The notes under the pieces: generated by a model
The model's database searches: none
Seen by the model: only the letters and a program-made list of their open reading frames with translations
What the model was told of the DNA's origin: nothing
NCBI GenBank assembly: GCA_004764695.1
Contig: SMSO01000006.1
Location: forward strand, 759,859-823,858
DNA from: Schizochytrium sp. TIO01
Taxonomy: Eukaryota; Protista; Bigyra: Labyrinthulomycetes
DNA length: 64,000 nucleotides
Direction: 5' to 3'
In this document: positions 1 through 12,169 of the stretch, piece after piece
How positions within the stretch are numbered: position 1 is the first letter of the stretch
How the letters are laid out: every line of letters starts with the position of its first letter
Made by a program: the position numbers and the translations under genes

Positions 1-76
1 GCGGCTCACTCACGCGTAACAAGTGTTTGTGGAAATCCTGTGAAAACATTGTAAACTCGGAAAATGATTTACCTGC

Positions 77-165
77 TGCATTGCATTGCATTGCATTGCA
101 TTGCATGGCATTGCATTACATTGCACTACATTGCACTGCATTACATTGCAATACATTGCATTACA
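77..165. repeat. Degenerate pentanucleotide tandem repeat (TGCAT/TACAT)n, ~18 units
   Basis: Directly visible: tgcattgcattgca...ttacattgcaatacattgcattaca. Confidence 0.95.
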
Positions 166-436
166 CGATTGGTAAGCCAGCGGTAGGAGTTAGAGGTATG
201 TAAGCAAAGAAAAAAGAAAAAGAAACGAGGGAGAGAGAAAGAGAGAATGTGAGGGAACGAGTGCTGAGTAGGGAAGTAAGGAAGTTATGGGAAGTAAGGA
301 GGTCAGCAAGACAGAAAAACTGCTTTTTCATTACTTCTTTATTTACTTATTGAATGTTTACTCCTTCACTTACTTTTTAGGAGAGAGGGAAAACAGAAAG
401 AGGCTTCGAAAGAGGGGGAATGAGAGGGAAATGAAA

Positions 437-502
437 GGAAAGTAAAAGGAAAGTGAAAGGAAAGTGAAAGGAAAGTGAAAGGAAAGTAAAAGGAAAGTAA
501 AA
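437..502. repeat. 11-bp tandem repeat GGAAAGT(G/A)AAA x6 upstream of the carrier gene
   Basis: Six consecutive units at 437-502 plus partial flanking units. Confidence 0.95.
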
Positions 503-638
503 GGATGAAAGAAAGCGAGAACAGCAATCTTGCAATTTTGGAGCAGCAAACACGCAACTCAGGAGTGCTTTGAAGAGTCTGAAATAGGCGACGCAGGCAA
601 CCGTAGTCAGGTCTTCTCTCGAACAAACAAACAGCACA

Positions 639-2044
639 ATGGCAGCAGAACAGGCCAAGGCTTTCATCTCCGGCGGTGTCGGTGGCATGTGCCTCGTCGC
701 CGTCGGACACCCGCTCGACACCATTAAGGTGAAGATGCAAACGTCCAACGAGTAAGTTAGATGCTCTATGGCTGGGAGGCGACCAAAAGATTGCGAATCA
801 TGTTCACCCAGCTCGTTCATCTGGACTGTGACTGTTTTCATACTTTTGGAGCTCTCCAGGTTTTTGAGTCCACGATGGAAAATGACAACCCTTCTGCCTG
901 CATGCAGGCGAACTCGCGCGTGTGGACTCGGGATATTTGAAGGATATTAGTACTGACCTGACGCGGAATTGATGATTGGAACTGTATAGGTACGCTGGCA
1001 TGTCTGATTGCTTCCGCAAGATCATTGCCAAGGACGGCCCTAAGGGACTCTTCGCTGGTATGGCCGCCCCCCTGGCCGGTATCACCCCCATTTTTGCGGT
1101 CTACTTTTGGGTAAGTGCTCATTTATTATCAACCTGAGGCAGAACAGGAGCAGCGATACGGACGAGCGGGCATAAGGAGTATTTGCACCTTCGATTCTAG
1201 CGTAGGCTTTAACATTGTGCAACAACCCTTGCCCTTGCTTGTTTGTTGTGGTTGTCACTGTCGTCTCGAGTATGTTTGTTTGTCTGTTTGTTCGCAAGTG
1301 CAGGAAAGCTGACGTCAGCATTTTTTCAAATTCAATTAACTCTTTGTTCATATGCGACCATTATGGAATCATACAACAAAAAATGATCTGATAACATGAA
1401 CTCAAAATTTACAGGGTTTCGATGTCGGTAAGCAGATCGCTCGCGCCTTCGAGGGCACGGGCCCCGATCAACAGCTGAGTTCTGCTGGCATCATGTTTGC
1501 TGGTGGCTTCTCTGCCATCCCCGGTTCCGCTGTCATGGTCCCGGGTGACCGCATCAAGGTCATTCTCCAGTCTCAGGGCGATGGTCCCAAGAAGTACAAC
1601 GGCCCCATCGACTGTGCCAAGAAGATCTACGCTGAAGATGGTATTCGCGGTCTCTACAAGGGTACCGCCCTCACCCTCCTCCGCGATGTCCCTGGTTCCG
1701 TCGCTTACTACGGTGCTTACGAGATCATGAAGCTCAACATGCCTGAGTCCTTCCCCGGTGGTGCTAGCGGCGCCTTCAGCACCGTCTTCTGTGGTGGTAT
1801 GGCTGGTGTCATGAACTGGATTGTCTCCGTGCCCCCTGATGTCCTCAAGAGCCGCTACCAGACTGCCCCCAACGGCACCTACCCCGGTGGTATTCGCCAA
1901 GTCCTCTCTGAGCTCATCGCTCAGGAGGGTGTTGGTGCCCTCTACAAGGGTATCGCCCCGGCTCTTGTCCGTGCCTTCCCCGCCAACGCTGCTTGCTTCC
2001 TCGGTGTTGAGACCTCCAAGAAGTTTCTCAACATGTACTTCTAA
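639..2044 (+). CDS. SLC25A20: Mitochondrial carrier family protein, carnitine/acylcarnitine translocase-like; exons 639-751, 990-1110, 1415-2044
   Basis: Spliced translation [34 protein letters not shown]...[20 protein letters not shown]...PGDRIKV...RDVPGS...[10 protein letters not shown]...[12 protein letters not shown]. Three PxDxxK carrier motifs; GTAAGT donors at 752 and 1111; AG acceptors at 988-989 and 1413-1414 keep frame; strong C/T-ending codon bias. Confidence 0.93.
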
Positions 2045-2840
2045 GTTGTCATCTGTGGTACATTGGCTGTGCCTTCTCATATACAGTAATTACACACCTA
2101 CATCTCACCCAAGCTACACCTTCTCTTGGGGCTTTAAGAGAGCCCGCCTAGTTCGCAATTATAGATATAGCAGCAAAATGTGCGGTGGCAAAGGCACGAA
2201 GATTTGAGAGTAAGCCCTGTGTCTCTGGTCCTCCACAAAGTGTACTCTGATACACTCCTCGGGGTTTCCTGTTCGCTTGCTTTTCTTTGGGTGAAAAATT
2301 GCCTCCACGGTTGCCGCTTGCATCGAGTCGATCATACATTACTTATCTAAATCTTAAAACACACAAACTACAACCACATTTTTTTAACAAACTCTTTATC
2401 ATTCCGTTTCGTTTTTGATTATTATAATATCTCTCTTTTTGTTTAGCCTATGTTTACAGGTTCTTCATAATAAAACCAGGTTATGAACAAGTAAACAAAA
2501 CATTACCTAGTATGTATAAAGAACAGGTTGACATTATATTATTTTATCGCAATCATTTCATTAACCCGTGTCACCAGGTCTATTAGGATGATGTAGAAAA
2601 TTTGCACTTTGGAATTAATTCAACTGTTGGAAATTGGTACACCTTTGCTTATATCAGCTATCTGAATGAACGTAAAACCGCATTGAAATTTACAAGCTGT
2701 CATGGCCATTGTGTGAGTGAGTATTTATACATTCACGATTTGTCTCACAGACCAAGTAGAACTTAATTAAATAAACATAATAAGGACGAGTGCCTTACAC
2801 ACCGACATCGTCGCATTTTGATCCACAATTGCCGCGCTCC

Positions 2841-3565
2841 TTAGCCAAGGAATACACCTGATAATAGATCTTCAAAAACCTCCATGCAAGTGCGACGCTT
2901 GTGACGAGTAACCCGACGTGGGCTCCCTTCAGGTATTTGTCCAGATGCATTTGTACCTACATTGTTGCGCCTGCCACGGGTGTTGCGTGAGGTATCAAGA
3001 TACCTAGTTTGCATGTGCTTGTTTGGTATCCATGGACGACCGTCGTCACGATCAATTGGTGGCCGTTTTTCACGTGCTTTCCGAGGACCAGGCTTACGTG
3101 CAGCTGCCCTTGATTGTTGCTCGCGGCGTCTTGAGCGAAGATCACACGACTTATTACTGGAAACATCTTTATCTTCTTCCTCTTCTTCAAGTTCAACATC
3201 AGAGACAATCTCATCAACGAAAAAGCTCAGAGGAATGTCGTCCCATGCAAGAAATTTACGCAACTTTAAAAGACGTGCGCCCCAGCGTTCTGCTTCAGTC
3301 AGCTCCTCATCAGTCGGCAAAACGACACCATTAACTTCTGGAATTCCAAAAAGAGATTCTGCTCGAGACCGAGGCGTACTGTCGCCGACTGAACCTTCTG
3401 ACGCTAGTAAATCTTCTGCAGCATTATCAGACTGGTCGATAATATGTGTGGATTCCGAAACCATTCTTAAACTCTCTGGTTCAAGTTTATTCTCAATACT
3501 CAGGCTCTTTGTGCCGCATCGACTGTTTTCTTCACTGTCACTCCGAGACCTGTTGTTATTATTAT

Positions 3566-3655
<90 letters not shown>

Positions 3656-4070
3656 GACAGTACTTCACCTCATTCGAAGAAGGTTCGCCACTCCATAAAG
3701 ATACAGTTGAGCCCGAGGACTGTGTAATTTGGCTTTCTAGGCTGCGTGTATAATTTATGACATGCTGAGTTATAACCTCTAAACGTGAGTGCAGAAGCTC
3801 TGCTTGTAGAGCCTTGGGCACTGCTGCGCACCGTCGTTGGCGCCGTTGACCTTGTGAGCAGACCTCGATACGATCTTGCTTGCAAGCTTCCTCGTATGGT
3901 GGAGTCCTCGGACCATCGAACTCTGTAAGCTTGAGGCAGTCTGTGAAAAGTTTATCACTTTTCAAAGTAGTTGAACAGGCTGGGGGCAATGCTCCGGGAA
4001 CAACACATTGCTTGCCCGGGCGAGAATGCTTCTCCCGCCAACTACGACGGGTAAAAACTTCACGAGTCAT
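2841..4070 (-). CDS. Hypothetical low-complexity protein (409 aa) with poly-Ser/Asn and acidic tracts; 5' end uncertain
   Basis: Long ORF with ATG; no recognisable domain; upstream in-frame sequence looks coding-like but contains stops. Confidence 0.55.
3571..3654. repeat. Perfect (CTG)28 microsatellite, read as poly-Ser on the minus strand
   Basis: 84 nt of uninterrupted CTG. Confidence 0.98.
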
Positions 4071-6689
4071 ATTTTCTGCTTTCTTCTTCTTGTGGATAGT
4101 AGATCAATTTGTGTCTTCGACAAAGTCAAGACTCTTATTGGACTTGTTCGGCAATGATGTTTGGGATTTGCTTGCTAGTTTGTTTTCCAAGTTTCAGGTG
4201 GACTATCCGACAAAGGCGAGCAATATATCTTCGTTCTATCTTAAACAATGAAAATCTGAACAGCACTTGGGCCCAAGGAACCTCCTCTCCCGCTTAAAGT
4301 TGTCGGATCGTACTTACTAGAAAGAAAACGCCACGTCTTCTATGCGTACTTACTTGCTTATTTGCAATTGAGTTCGTTTTGTAGCAAAGAATGCTCCTAA
4401 TACTTATATGTGAGTGAGTCTATTCTATACCCACGCCAACAAAGCAAGCACGAGCTTATTCCACGATCAGAACCTTGCACGTGGGCTCAATTATTCCAAA
4501 TTTCTACTCAGCTTGTTTGCTGGCTAGTACTTTCTAGTCTGGCACTCACCCAAGCAGGATTGCGCTTTGAACACCGGGTGCACGGCGTTCGCAAGAGAAA
4601 GTTTACTCCGTACGAAGTTTTCTTTTTCGGCGCAAAAAAAACAATGCACGTGCCCCAGCTGTTCGGGTCCCAATCGGCCACGTGAGTTGTAGAGCCCTTG
4701 GGCAAACCCTCTATTTGTAGAGGAATGGTTGGCAATTTATCCAATGGATTACAGGTTCCGGAATTACAGATTTGCCTCTCGCTCGATTGCCAGTCTCACC
4801 AGAGTCTAATATCACTCTAAACACTCTTAGTCCTGTGATTCTTTCGCTAGCTAGAACTATTACTACTGCTACGGCTGCCCTTTCCCCTGAGCCAGAAGTT
4901 TCTCTTTTCCGATACTTTCAGTTTCTCTCCGAGTCTATCTCCAGGTTCATCCACTTCGGTACTTCCTATCTCTACTCCAACCTGTGCCCCATTTGTGCAA
5001 ATCTGCCTGAACGTGTCTTTAGTCATTAGCTGGCCGCTCAATCTTTTGTCCTATTTCCTGCCAAAACTAGGTAGTGGTCTGGCTATCAATTGAATTACTT
5101 TATTATATTTTTTTTCGTCTTGGTAATTTTATTTTTAACTGCCTCTCTATTCTAACGCAGATTGGGTTAACTCCTCGAACTCAACATGAAGTTGATACGT
5201 GCCTACTTCGCCCTTCTGTCCGTATGATCGAATTGTCTTTTCTATCGTAACCAAGTCTTTCTTCATCGATTGGAACTCAACTGTTTACTCGGAATTGATC
5301 GTGAGAGCAGGACGAAGACACCTTGGTGTAAAAAGGCAAGCTCACACAATGCTAGGCGACGAAAGAGCCTTTTGTCGAGGCAGCGCATACTTCAGAATTG
5401 ACGCTGATAAACTACACGTGCCCTCCAACTAGCGGTAAAGCTCATTCTAAAAATAATTTGGTCAATCTAATTGCTTCAGGCTGCACAGAGATTAGAAACG
5501 TAGGACAACTGAGATGCAAGTCCACTGTTGAATTTTAATGTAGACCTGAAGTCTGAAGGCATGATGCGGCTCATTTTAAGAAACACACACAACCTCTGGC
5601 ACAGCCTGCGCGGCAGAAATGGTGCTTCTTCGAAGCTACTTTAGAACCGAATTACTATCTCTTTACATCCTTCTCGCCTTTAAAGTTGCTACCTCTTGAA
5701 ACCTCACTTTGTCGATTGATGAATCAGAGCTCTGCACAAAAAAAAATCGCCAGCAGAGAGAATCCACATGTTTGAGCTGCGAAAGTGAGAGCTAACTCAT
5801 TTTCTCCTTTGGACTCCTTTGGAGGCTCTGGCACGATGGCACGATGGCATGATGGCAGCAGAGGGTATAGCTTGAGCGATCTGTTTTGAAAGAGCAGTAT
5901 CGTCATCCAGAGTATTTTATTTTCTCTTTCAATTTTTTCCGCGCTGCTTGTAAAATAACAACAGTGTACTCGCCCTACTACAGAAGTAATTTACTATTTA
6001 TTATTATTAATGTTATTACTATTATTATTACTCATTTATTCAGTTATTCATTCATTTTTACTGAAAAATTCCTAGGTACCTCTAGTACTAGCTATCATTA
6101 CACTCTGGATTTGCCGATTGATTTGTAGCAGCAAAAGTCAAGTCAGACACATTTGCGGCGATCGCATGGTAGACTGAAAAATGTGGAATAAATGGCATCG
6201 GTGAGGGCCTCGCAGAAACTCGAAACTGGTTGACACCCTTAATGAATAGCTTGGAATTCGGAGTCAAAAGAATCCATCGCAAACCCAGATTTACTCTTAC
6301 TAGCAGCAGCAAATCACTTGCCGGAGGCTGCTACCTTGCGCGGACTTGGAGGTCTCCCCGAAGAAAGAAGCTGAGCAGGGCCGTTGTAGCGAGCAATCTG
6401 TTGGACTCACAGAGGCTTCTCCGGGGCGTATGCGCGTGCATCTCCAGCATTATGAAGCGTTGAAGTTGCTCCTTGACCATAGACAGTCATGAGTGGCAAT
6501 CAACCGCACAGCTAAACAACAATTCGGCAGGCGTAATGGCTAAGCCCATCGTAGCTCTCGAAAGTAAGAGTATTGAAGAAGCGTAGAACATCTCTTGAAG
6601 TATTCGAAACTTGCAAGTGCTGGACCTTGCTAGCTATTCTTTAGCACACAGACCAAGGACCAATATGGAGCGTCGTTTGCAAAAACGTA

Positions 6690-6820
6690 TCACAGAACTA
6701 ACTACTAATTCCTCATTAGTACTTTCTGTAGCAGGAAAGAGCACGTTTGCAAACTTGCTCCTTGGATTAACAGAGCACCTGCCGGAGCATTTCTCAGCCC
6801 TCCGAAGTCGAGGCAAATGA
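6690..6820 (+). pseudogene. Remnant of a P-loop GTPase-like exon (AGKSTFANLLLG)
   Basis: AGKSTFANLLLGLTEHLP resembles the G1 region of dynamin-like/TRAFAC GTPases; preceded by a CTAAC...TGTAG acceptor-like sequence; closes at a stop soon after. Confidence 0.4.
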
Positions 6821-9800
6821 TTGCCAGCTGTAAAGCGTGATCATGAAAGCGTCCGTGATTTGATTTAAACGGCATGCATGTGCTAAAACTTCTCTTGCGT
6901 AAGCATGAGAGGAAATGCCGCGGCTTTGTAATCTGAAGGCCACCATGGTCTGAAGATGGAGAGAAACAAATACTAGTAGTGAAAAAGTTGAAAAATAGAA
7001 ATTAAAAAAATAAACAAAAAAGAATGAAAAAAATGAAAACTTACGGTTGCAGGATAATGAATGAGAAAGTAGATGTAATTTTGCTCAAAATAAATGCGCT
7101 GTCGCGTGCCGCAAGCCCGCGGATTTGGAGGTGAAAATGTTCGGTTGAATGGATAACATGGCGCATGCAGCCCTTGGCGGATAAACGTGTCAGAACATTA
7201 TCCCGCCCTATTTGACCAAAACATTGTGCCACCTGCTCAACTTCAACGTACTCTATTTTGGAATATTTTCCTGCTCTCTCGATTTTCCAAGAGTTTCTTT
7301 TTTAATTAACATATATTCTTTTTTATCTCCGAAAAGAGACTTGCTCTTTCACAAGTCTTGGCGCCACTCTTTCGGTCATACGAACGTTGCCCGCGTCCTG
7401 GACACAACGAGCTGGAGCAGCAGCTCCTGTCTTCCTATTTTGCAAATACTGGCGAAAGAGCCTCCGTCAACAATATAGATGTAGAAACAATGAGACTAGG
7501 TAACGATAAAGCCTACTCGTACAAATTGTTGTGATCAAGCGCCAGTGCATTATTGAATACAGAGACATCCTACTTTCCTGCGCCCTTTCGCCAGAAAGTA
7601 GAAGTTTCATGTTCGGTATGAACCAAAGAGGGTTATTTGCATTGGTAGATCTGGCAGATATCGCTACCTTAGTGTCCGCAATTTGGTGCGCAGCAAACAA
7701 TTTGAAGCTGTTTCATCAAATTTGTACAAATCATAGATAGAATTATATTTCAAATTGCTGTTAAACCTTTATCAATTTGGATTTAAGGCTAAGAAAACAT
7801 CGGCTAGCTTTTCTTAGACTTATTTGAGAAATGTGCAGGAAACGATGCAATAAGAATCCCTTCAAGATGCTAATTATGAGACATAGGTTTAAATGTGCCC
7901 AGATAATTTTGATGTATCAATATAACATCAAACCAAATCGAAGTAAATTGCTTGCTATATTCTTCGTTAATGTGAATTCTTAATAAAACTCGAATCCTTC
8001 GCTTTGTTTGCAATGAACCGTTATTGGTCAGAAGTCTGACAAGACGGGACAGAGAGGTACTATGAAGCCGTAGAATCTTTTGATAATTTGGCTGACCCTC
8101 ATAGGTTCCGCCGCTGTCAAGGCCATTTGACCACCTCGAAGTATTCGAAAACAACTCGGCTCCACGGGGACAGGTACAAATTGTGAACAAACCAATTTTC
8201 ATGGCTTGACTCAAGCCTCAAATAGCAGTTCTCATAATAGATCCCACCACCATGGATATTTTCTGCGCAGTATGTCTGCAAGTTGAAGCAAAGCCACGCT
8301 CCAGAAACGCCATTTGATAATTCATTCTCAAAAGAGAGGCGATGTTTTTTGGAGGATTTTTGTGTGTTATCAAGAAATGGTCAAAATAGAATATGTCGAA
8401 GGTGTGCACCTCGAAAGATCCATCCATCTGGCCGAAAGAGCAACTAACAATTGGGAAGTGGAATCCGCGGAAGCAGATATCTGAGAGCCGAGCTGACTCT
8501 CAAAGGAGCAAGTGGGGGGCGCAAAGTGTGACATCTCAAGTTGCAATGTGATAAGTCATTCAAGTCATTCTGTCAAAGATTTGTTAATTTTTGAAAGAGT
8601 AGACTACAGGACCAGGATGACCTTAATGCCACAATTCGCAGCTTGGAATATCTTGAAACTCTGGTAACTATTGCAGCATTTTTGTCAAGGGTTATACACG
8701 CGGGTTTAAACTTTTTTAAACGCTTCTCAGAGGGGGAAATGCACTCCATAAATTGACAAATGAGTTTCAAGCTCAATCAGTTGAATGTAGGTCAGGGAAA
8801 TTAATTCTAACATGATGAATTAATTTTCGCCAATTTCAAGAACATACAAGATAAGTCAAACGAGCAAATGGTCAGGTAGAGAATCAAATCAAGTAAGGAC
8901 TGGAGCCTTTCACAAATCAATAAGAATTGCTGATTATAAAATCGCCGTACCACGAATTGACGAGAGGAAGAGAAAAACATAGTCAATAGCCCGGAAAACC
9001 AGTCATGAAAGCACGTTACTCGTGCACTGCTTGATTCACCAACTCAAACTCAGCGCAGGGTCTATTATATGAAAATTTGATATTCTCCCTGACATCTTTA
9101 TGCTTTTCATCACATATAGGCCTATATTATATATTTGTGCGTATAGATGTAGATGAATTTTGTATAATTCTAAGCATTTCATTAGGTGGGCAGTACTAGT
9201 ACCTTGTTACTACCTGTTAGTCTTACCATTCTTTTCTTTTCTTTTTTGGTTCTTTCAAAATATAAGAGAGATAGAAAAAATAAACGAGAGAATTGTCTAA
9301 GAAAAGATATAGACTGAGTTGATAATTTACCAGAATGCACAAGGAAACAGCATTAAATCTCTGGGCTACCGCCTACTAATGGCCATTGCTGATGTGTTCA
9401 GTTTGATTGCTACATCGGACAATCAAACCAGAATTTCAAAGGAGAAACTAGCTAGAATGTCCCGAACTTAGTTTTCATCTCAAGTTTGAGCACATCAAAG
9501 TTTTCATGCTTCTTTCATGAGATATTTTGCTCGTTTTGGGACAGTTTGTAGTTCCCAAATCTCCTATATCCAGCTTAGAGGCTTCTCATCGTGTTGTTAC
9601 AAACAGTACTTTCTAGTTATTATCCCACCCACCCTCGGGTTGTAGAGCAAATGATGAGTAGCTGCAAGGTGGACAGTTTATCCTACAAGAGATCTAGACA
9701 ATTTTGCGCTCCGTAAATGGCAATGTGCCTTGACTCAACTCGCAGTATATACTCATCCACTATTAAATTTTTTCAAGTGCGCTTGTTTACATGACAAAAT

Positions 9801-10053
9801 AGAATGATGCAGCTTTAGCAGTTGCTCTGACGAACTACAAACCCCGGTTTTAAAGTTCTTCGTGTGTTTATATCTACATAAGCTTTTAGCCTTAATTTTT
9901 TTAATGGAAAAAAAGGAATAAAGAATCAAAGAACGAATGCTTGGCCCAAGAACTCTCGGCAGCAACAGCAGTTCCTAAACGAATCAACACTCAATTCTAT
10001 TCAAACGAAGCTTCGTTTCGATATAGAACTAGAACAAAGACTTATCCAATCAA

Positions 10054-10614
10054 ATGTTTTTGCATAGGCGCATGATGGTGCCTGCACAAACTTTGTCAAG
10101 GCGAATCTGGGGGTGGAGAACTGACAAGCCTTCCAACGACACAAAAGGTTCGAAAAAAAAGAAAACCCAGAATCACAAAGTCATACCGAACACTCAAGCG
10201 TCAACTAATTCAATGCTTTTAAAGGACGAGATGGTGCGCCAGCGAATGTTGGACTTTATTCATGGGAAAGCAGAGCTTGCAGTCGCCGCATGAGTAAACT
10301 TGCAGCCACTTTGAAATTAAAGTTGTAATTACATTACTGTTGTAAAATAAGTCAAACTCATTTGCTTTACTATTAAGTTTCTGGAATTGTTGTCTGTATA
10401 TTTGCCTGTGCAGGTTGTTGAGCCAACACTGAACCTGCTCTGCGAGGAGTGCGATGGCCTGTGCATAGTGTACGTGACCTGCCTCGTGCATTGAGTTGGC
10501 AAAGAACTTGACAGCCTGCAGCAGTTGCGGCGTGGTTATCTTGATAACGTCCTCAGTAGAATCAATATTAGCATAACAAAATTCGTATACTATTGCCTAG
10601 ATTGGTTGCGGTAG
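10054..10614 (+). pseudogene. Probable two-exon pseudogene with two in-frame TGA codons
   Basis: ATG ORF 10054-10293 ends TGA directly before GTAAAC; AT-rich intron-like stretch to TGCAG at 10413; the next exon reads VVEPTLNLLCEEC...VH*VGKELDSLQQLRRGYLDNVL. Confidence 0.35.
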
Positions 10615-11191
10615 TAGCCTGCATCAAACGCAAATGAAAATGTTCTCAGTAATCATATTTCGCAAGATTTTTTACGGAAAGCCTTTCTAGAAATGCCTGT
10701 TTACTTGTATAGTTGCACTATTTCAACAAACCCAACTTTCTTGACATCATAGACCTAGATTTTACAAAGGTGGAAACAAGAACGACCATCAACTTAAGTG
10801 ATGTTTACTAGTGAGACCCTGCCCTAAGACATTATTTCTTTCCCCCTATCATTTTTTTCATAGAGAAGCATGGTGAACCTTAGCTTGGACGTATGTTTTT
10901 TTTTTTGAATTAGAGAAATATAGTTTCTACTAAAAAGGGTTTTGCAGCTCAGTTCCAATCAGGTTGATAGAAAATTAATCAAAAAACGAGGAGCGGGGAG
11001 AGGAATTTGGGCTTTGCAGAAGCCGCACCAGTATCACTCGTGCAACAAGCAGGGCCACAGTCATATTCATGTGAACAATGCTCATTTAAAAAATGGACTT
11101 GACGTGTGGTCTAGATTTAATGACGTGAGCATGCTTCACTCAAAGCGGCGATATTCGTGACAGGACGCAAATATTAGACAGATAAAGTCAA

Positions 11192-12169
11192 TTAGATTGC
11201 GCCACGCTTGCGAGTGGGAAGGCCCTGTTGTGCGGTGCTGCTCCAGTGTCCACGCCAGTGGTGCATCAAGGCCAGCAAAAGTCCACCAAAGCCTACAAAG
11301 TATGCGTCCAAGAAGAACGGCTGTTCCGTAGGCTCAGATGCAATGAAGGTACTGTAGGCGCCGAGGACACCCATGAGGATGAACATAAAACCGAGAGTGA
11401 CTCCTGAAAGGTATACAAACTTTGACTTGCGTACCAAACCAATCGCAGTAGCGATGTAAAGAAAGTCCATGAAAAAGTCGCAGAACGGCCAGTGCAGGAA
11501 GCGAAAGGTCGACAAGCCAATCGGAACGCACTCTACACACATCTCGTTACCTACATAAAGGTTGCCCCAGTAGAGTGTGGTGCCAAGCGCGCTGAAAATT
11601 GATAATCCCCATCACAGCATATTTCAAGCCAGCAGTTGGTACAATCAGCACGAAATACAAGCGTTATTACGTCAACACAGTTTATCGCAACGCAGTTTAA
11701 TAGCGAATGAATTCAAGTGTACCCAGTCGGTGTCCATGCAACCCAAGCGACGTGAAGGAATTTTGCCAAGTGAGTAAAGTTAGTCTTTTCTTGATCTTTA
11801 TCAACTTGGAAATCTCTTGTCTCCCTAGCCCCAATCATTATTACCCGCTTAAATCACATCTCGATGCGTTCCAAAGCGAGATGATCTAAATAAAATCGCA
11901 TTGCACCACGATGCTCTTAAAATTTCGTGGCAGGGTGCTTCGCTAAACCATCCTATTGCATCCCATTTTCAACTGCTGCATCTATCCCATTTTAAAAGCA
12001 CTTCACATTATGCCATTACCGCATGTATGTACCTCCTTCACGAAGGAATGTCACCATACACAATGCCAACCTACCAAAGACTGAGCGCTCCGACCATTGC
12101 CCAAACCGCCAGCGCAGGGGGCGCTTTGGCGTTGAGGATTTCCTGCACCTTCTCTTTGACGGCGTTCAT
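11192..12169 (-). CDS. Small ~164-aa multi-pass (~4 TM) membrane protein; exons 12169-12075 and 11591-11192
   Basis: ATG at 12169, GTAGGT donor at 12074, TTTTCAG acceptor at 11592; joined frame MNAVKEKVQEILNAKAPPALAVWAMVGALSLCALGTTLYWGNLYVGNEMCVEC... with hydrophobic segments. Confidence 0.8.

Noticed and set aside
437-502. Possible CRISPR-like or telomeric array
   Set aside because: No spacers, eukaryotic context, and the unit is not a telomere motif I recognise.
366-841. Phe-rich minus-strand ORFs
   Set aside because: Derived from the 11-bp tandem repeat and antisense to carrier exon 1.
1409-2080. 223-aa antisense ORF over the carrier gene; likewise 13455..14156, 63244..63780 and 59354..59863
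   Set aside because: Shadow ORFs produced by codon bias of the real sense-strand genes.
2962-3727. Poly-Leu and poly-Cys ORFs
   Set aside because: Artefacts of the (CTG)28 repeat read on the opposite strand.
4250-10900. Alternative genetic code (stop reassignment) explaining stop-riddled ORFs
   Set aside because: Conserved genes in the window end in TAA, TAG and TGA and have no internal stops; the decayed islands also contain frameshifts.
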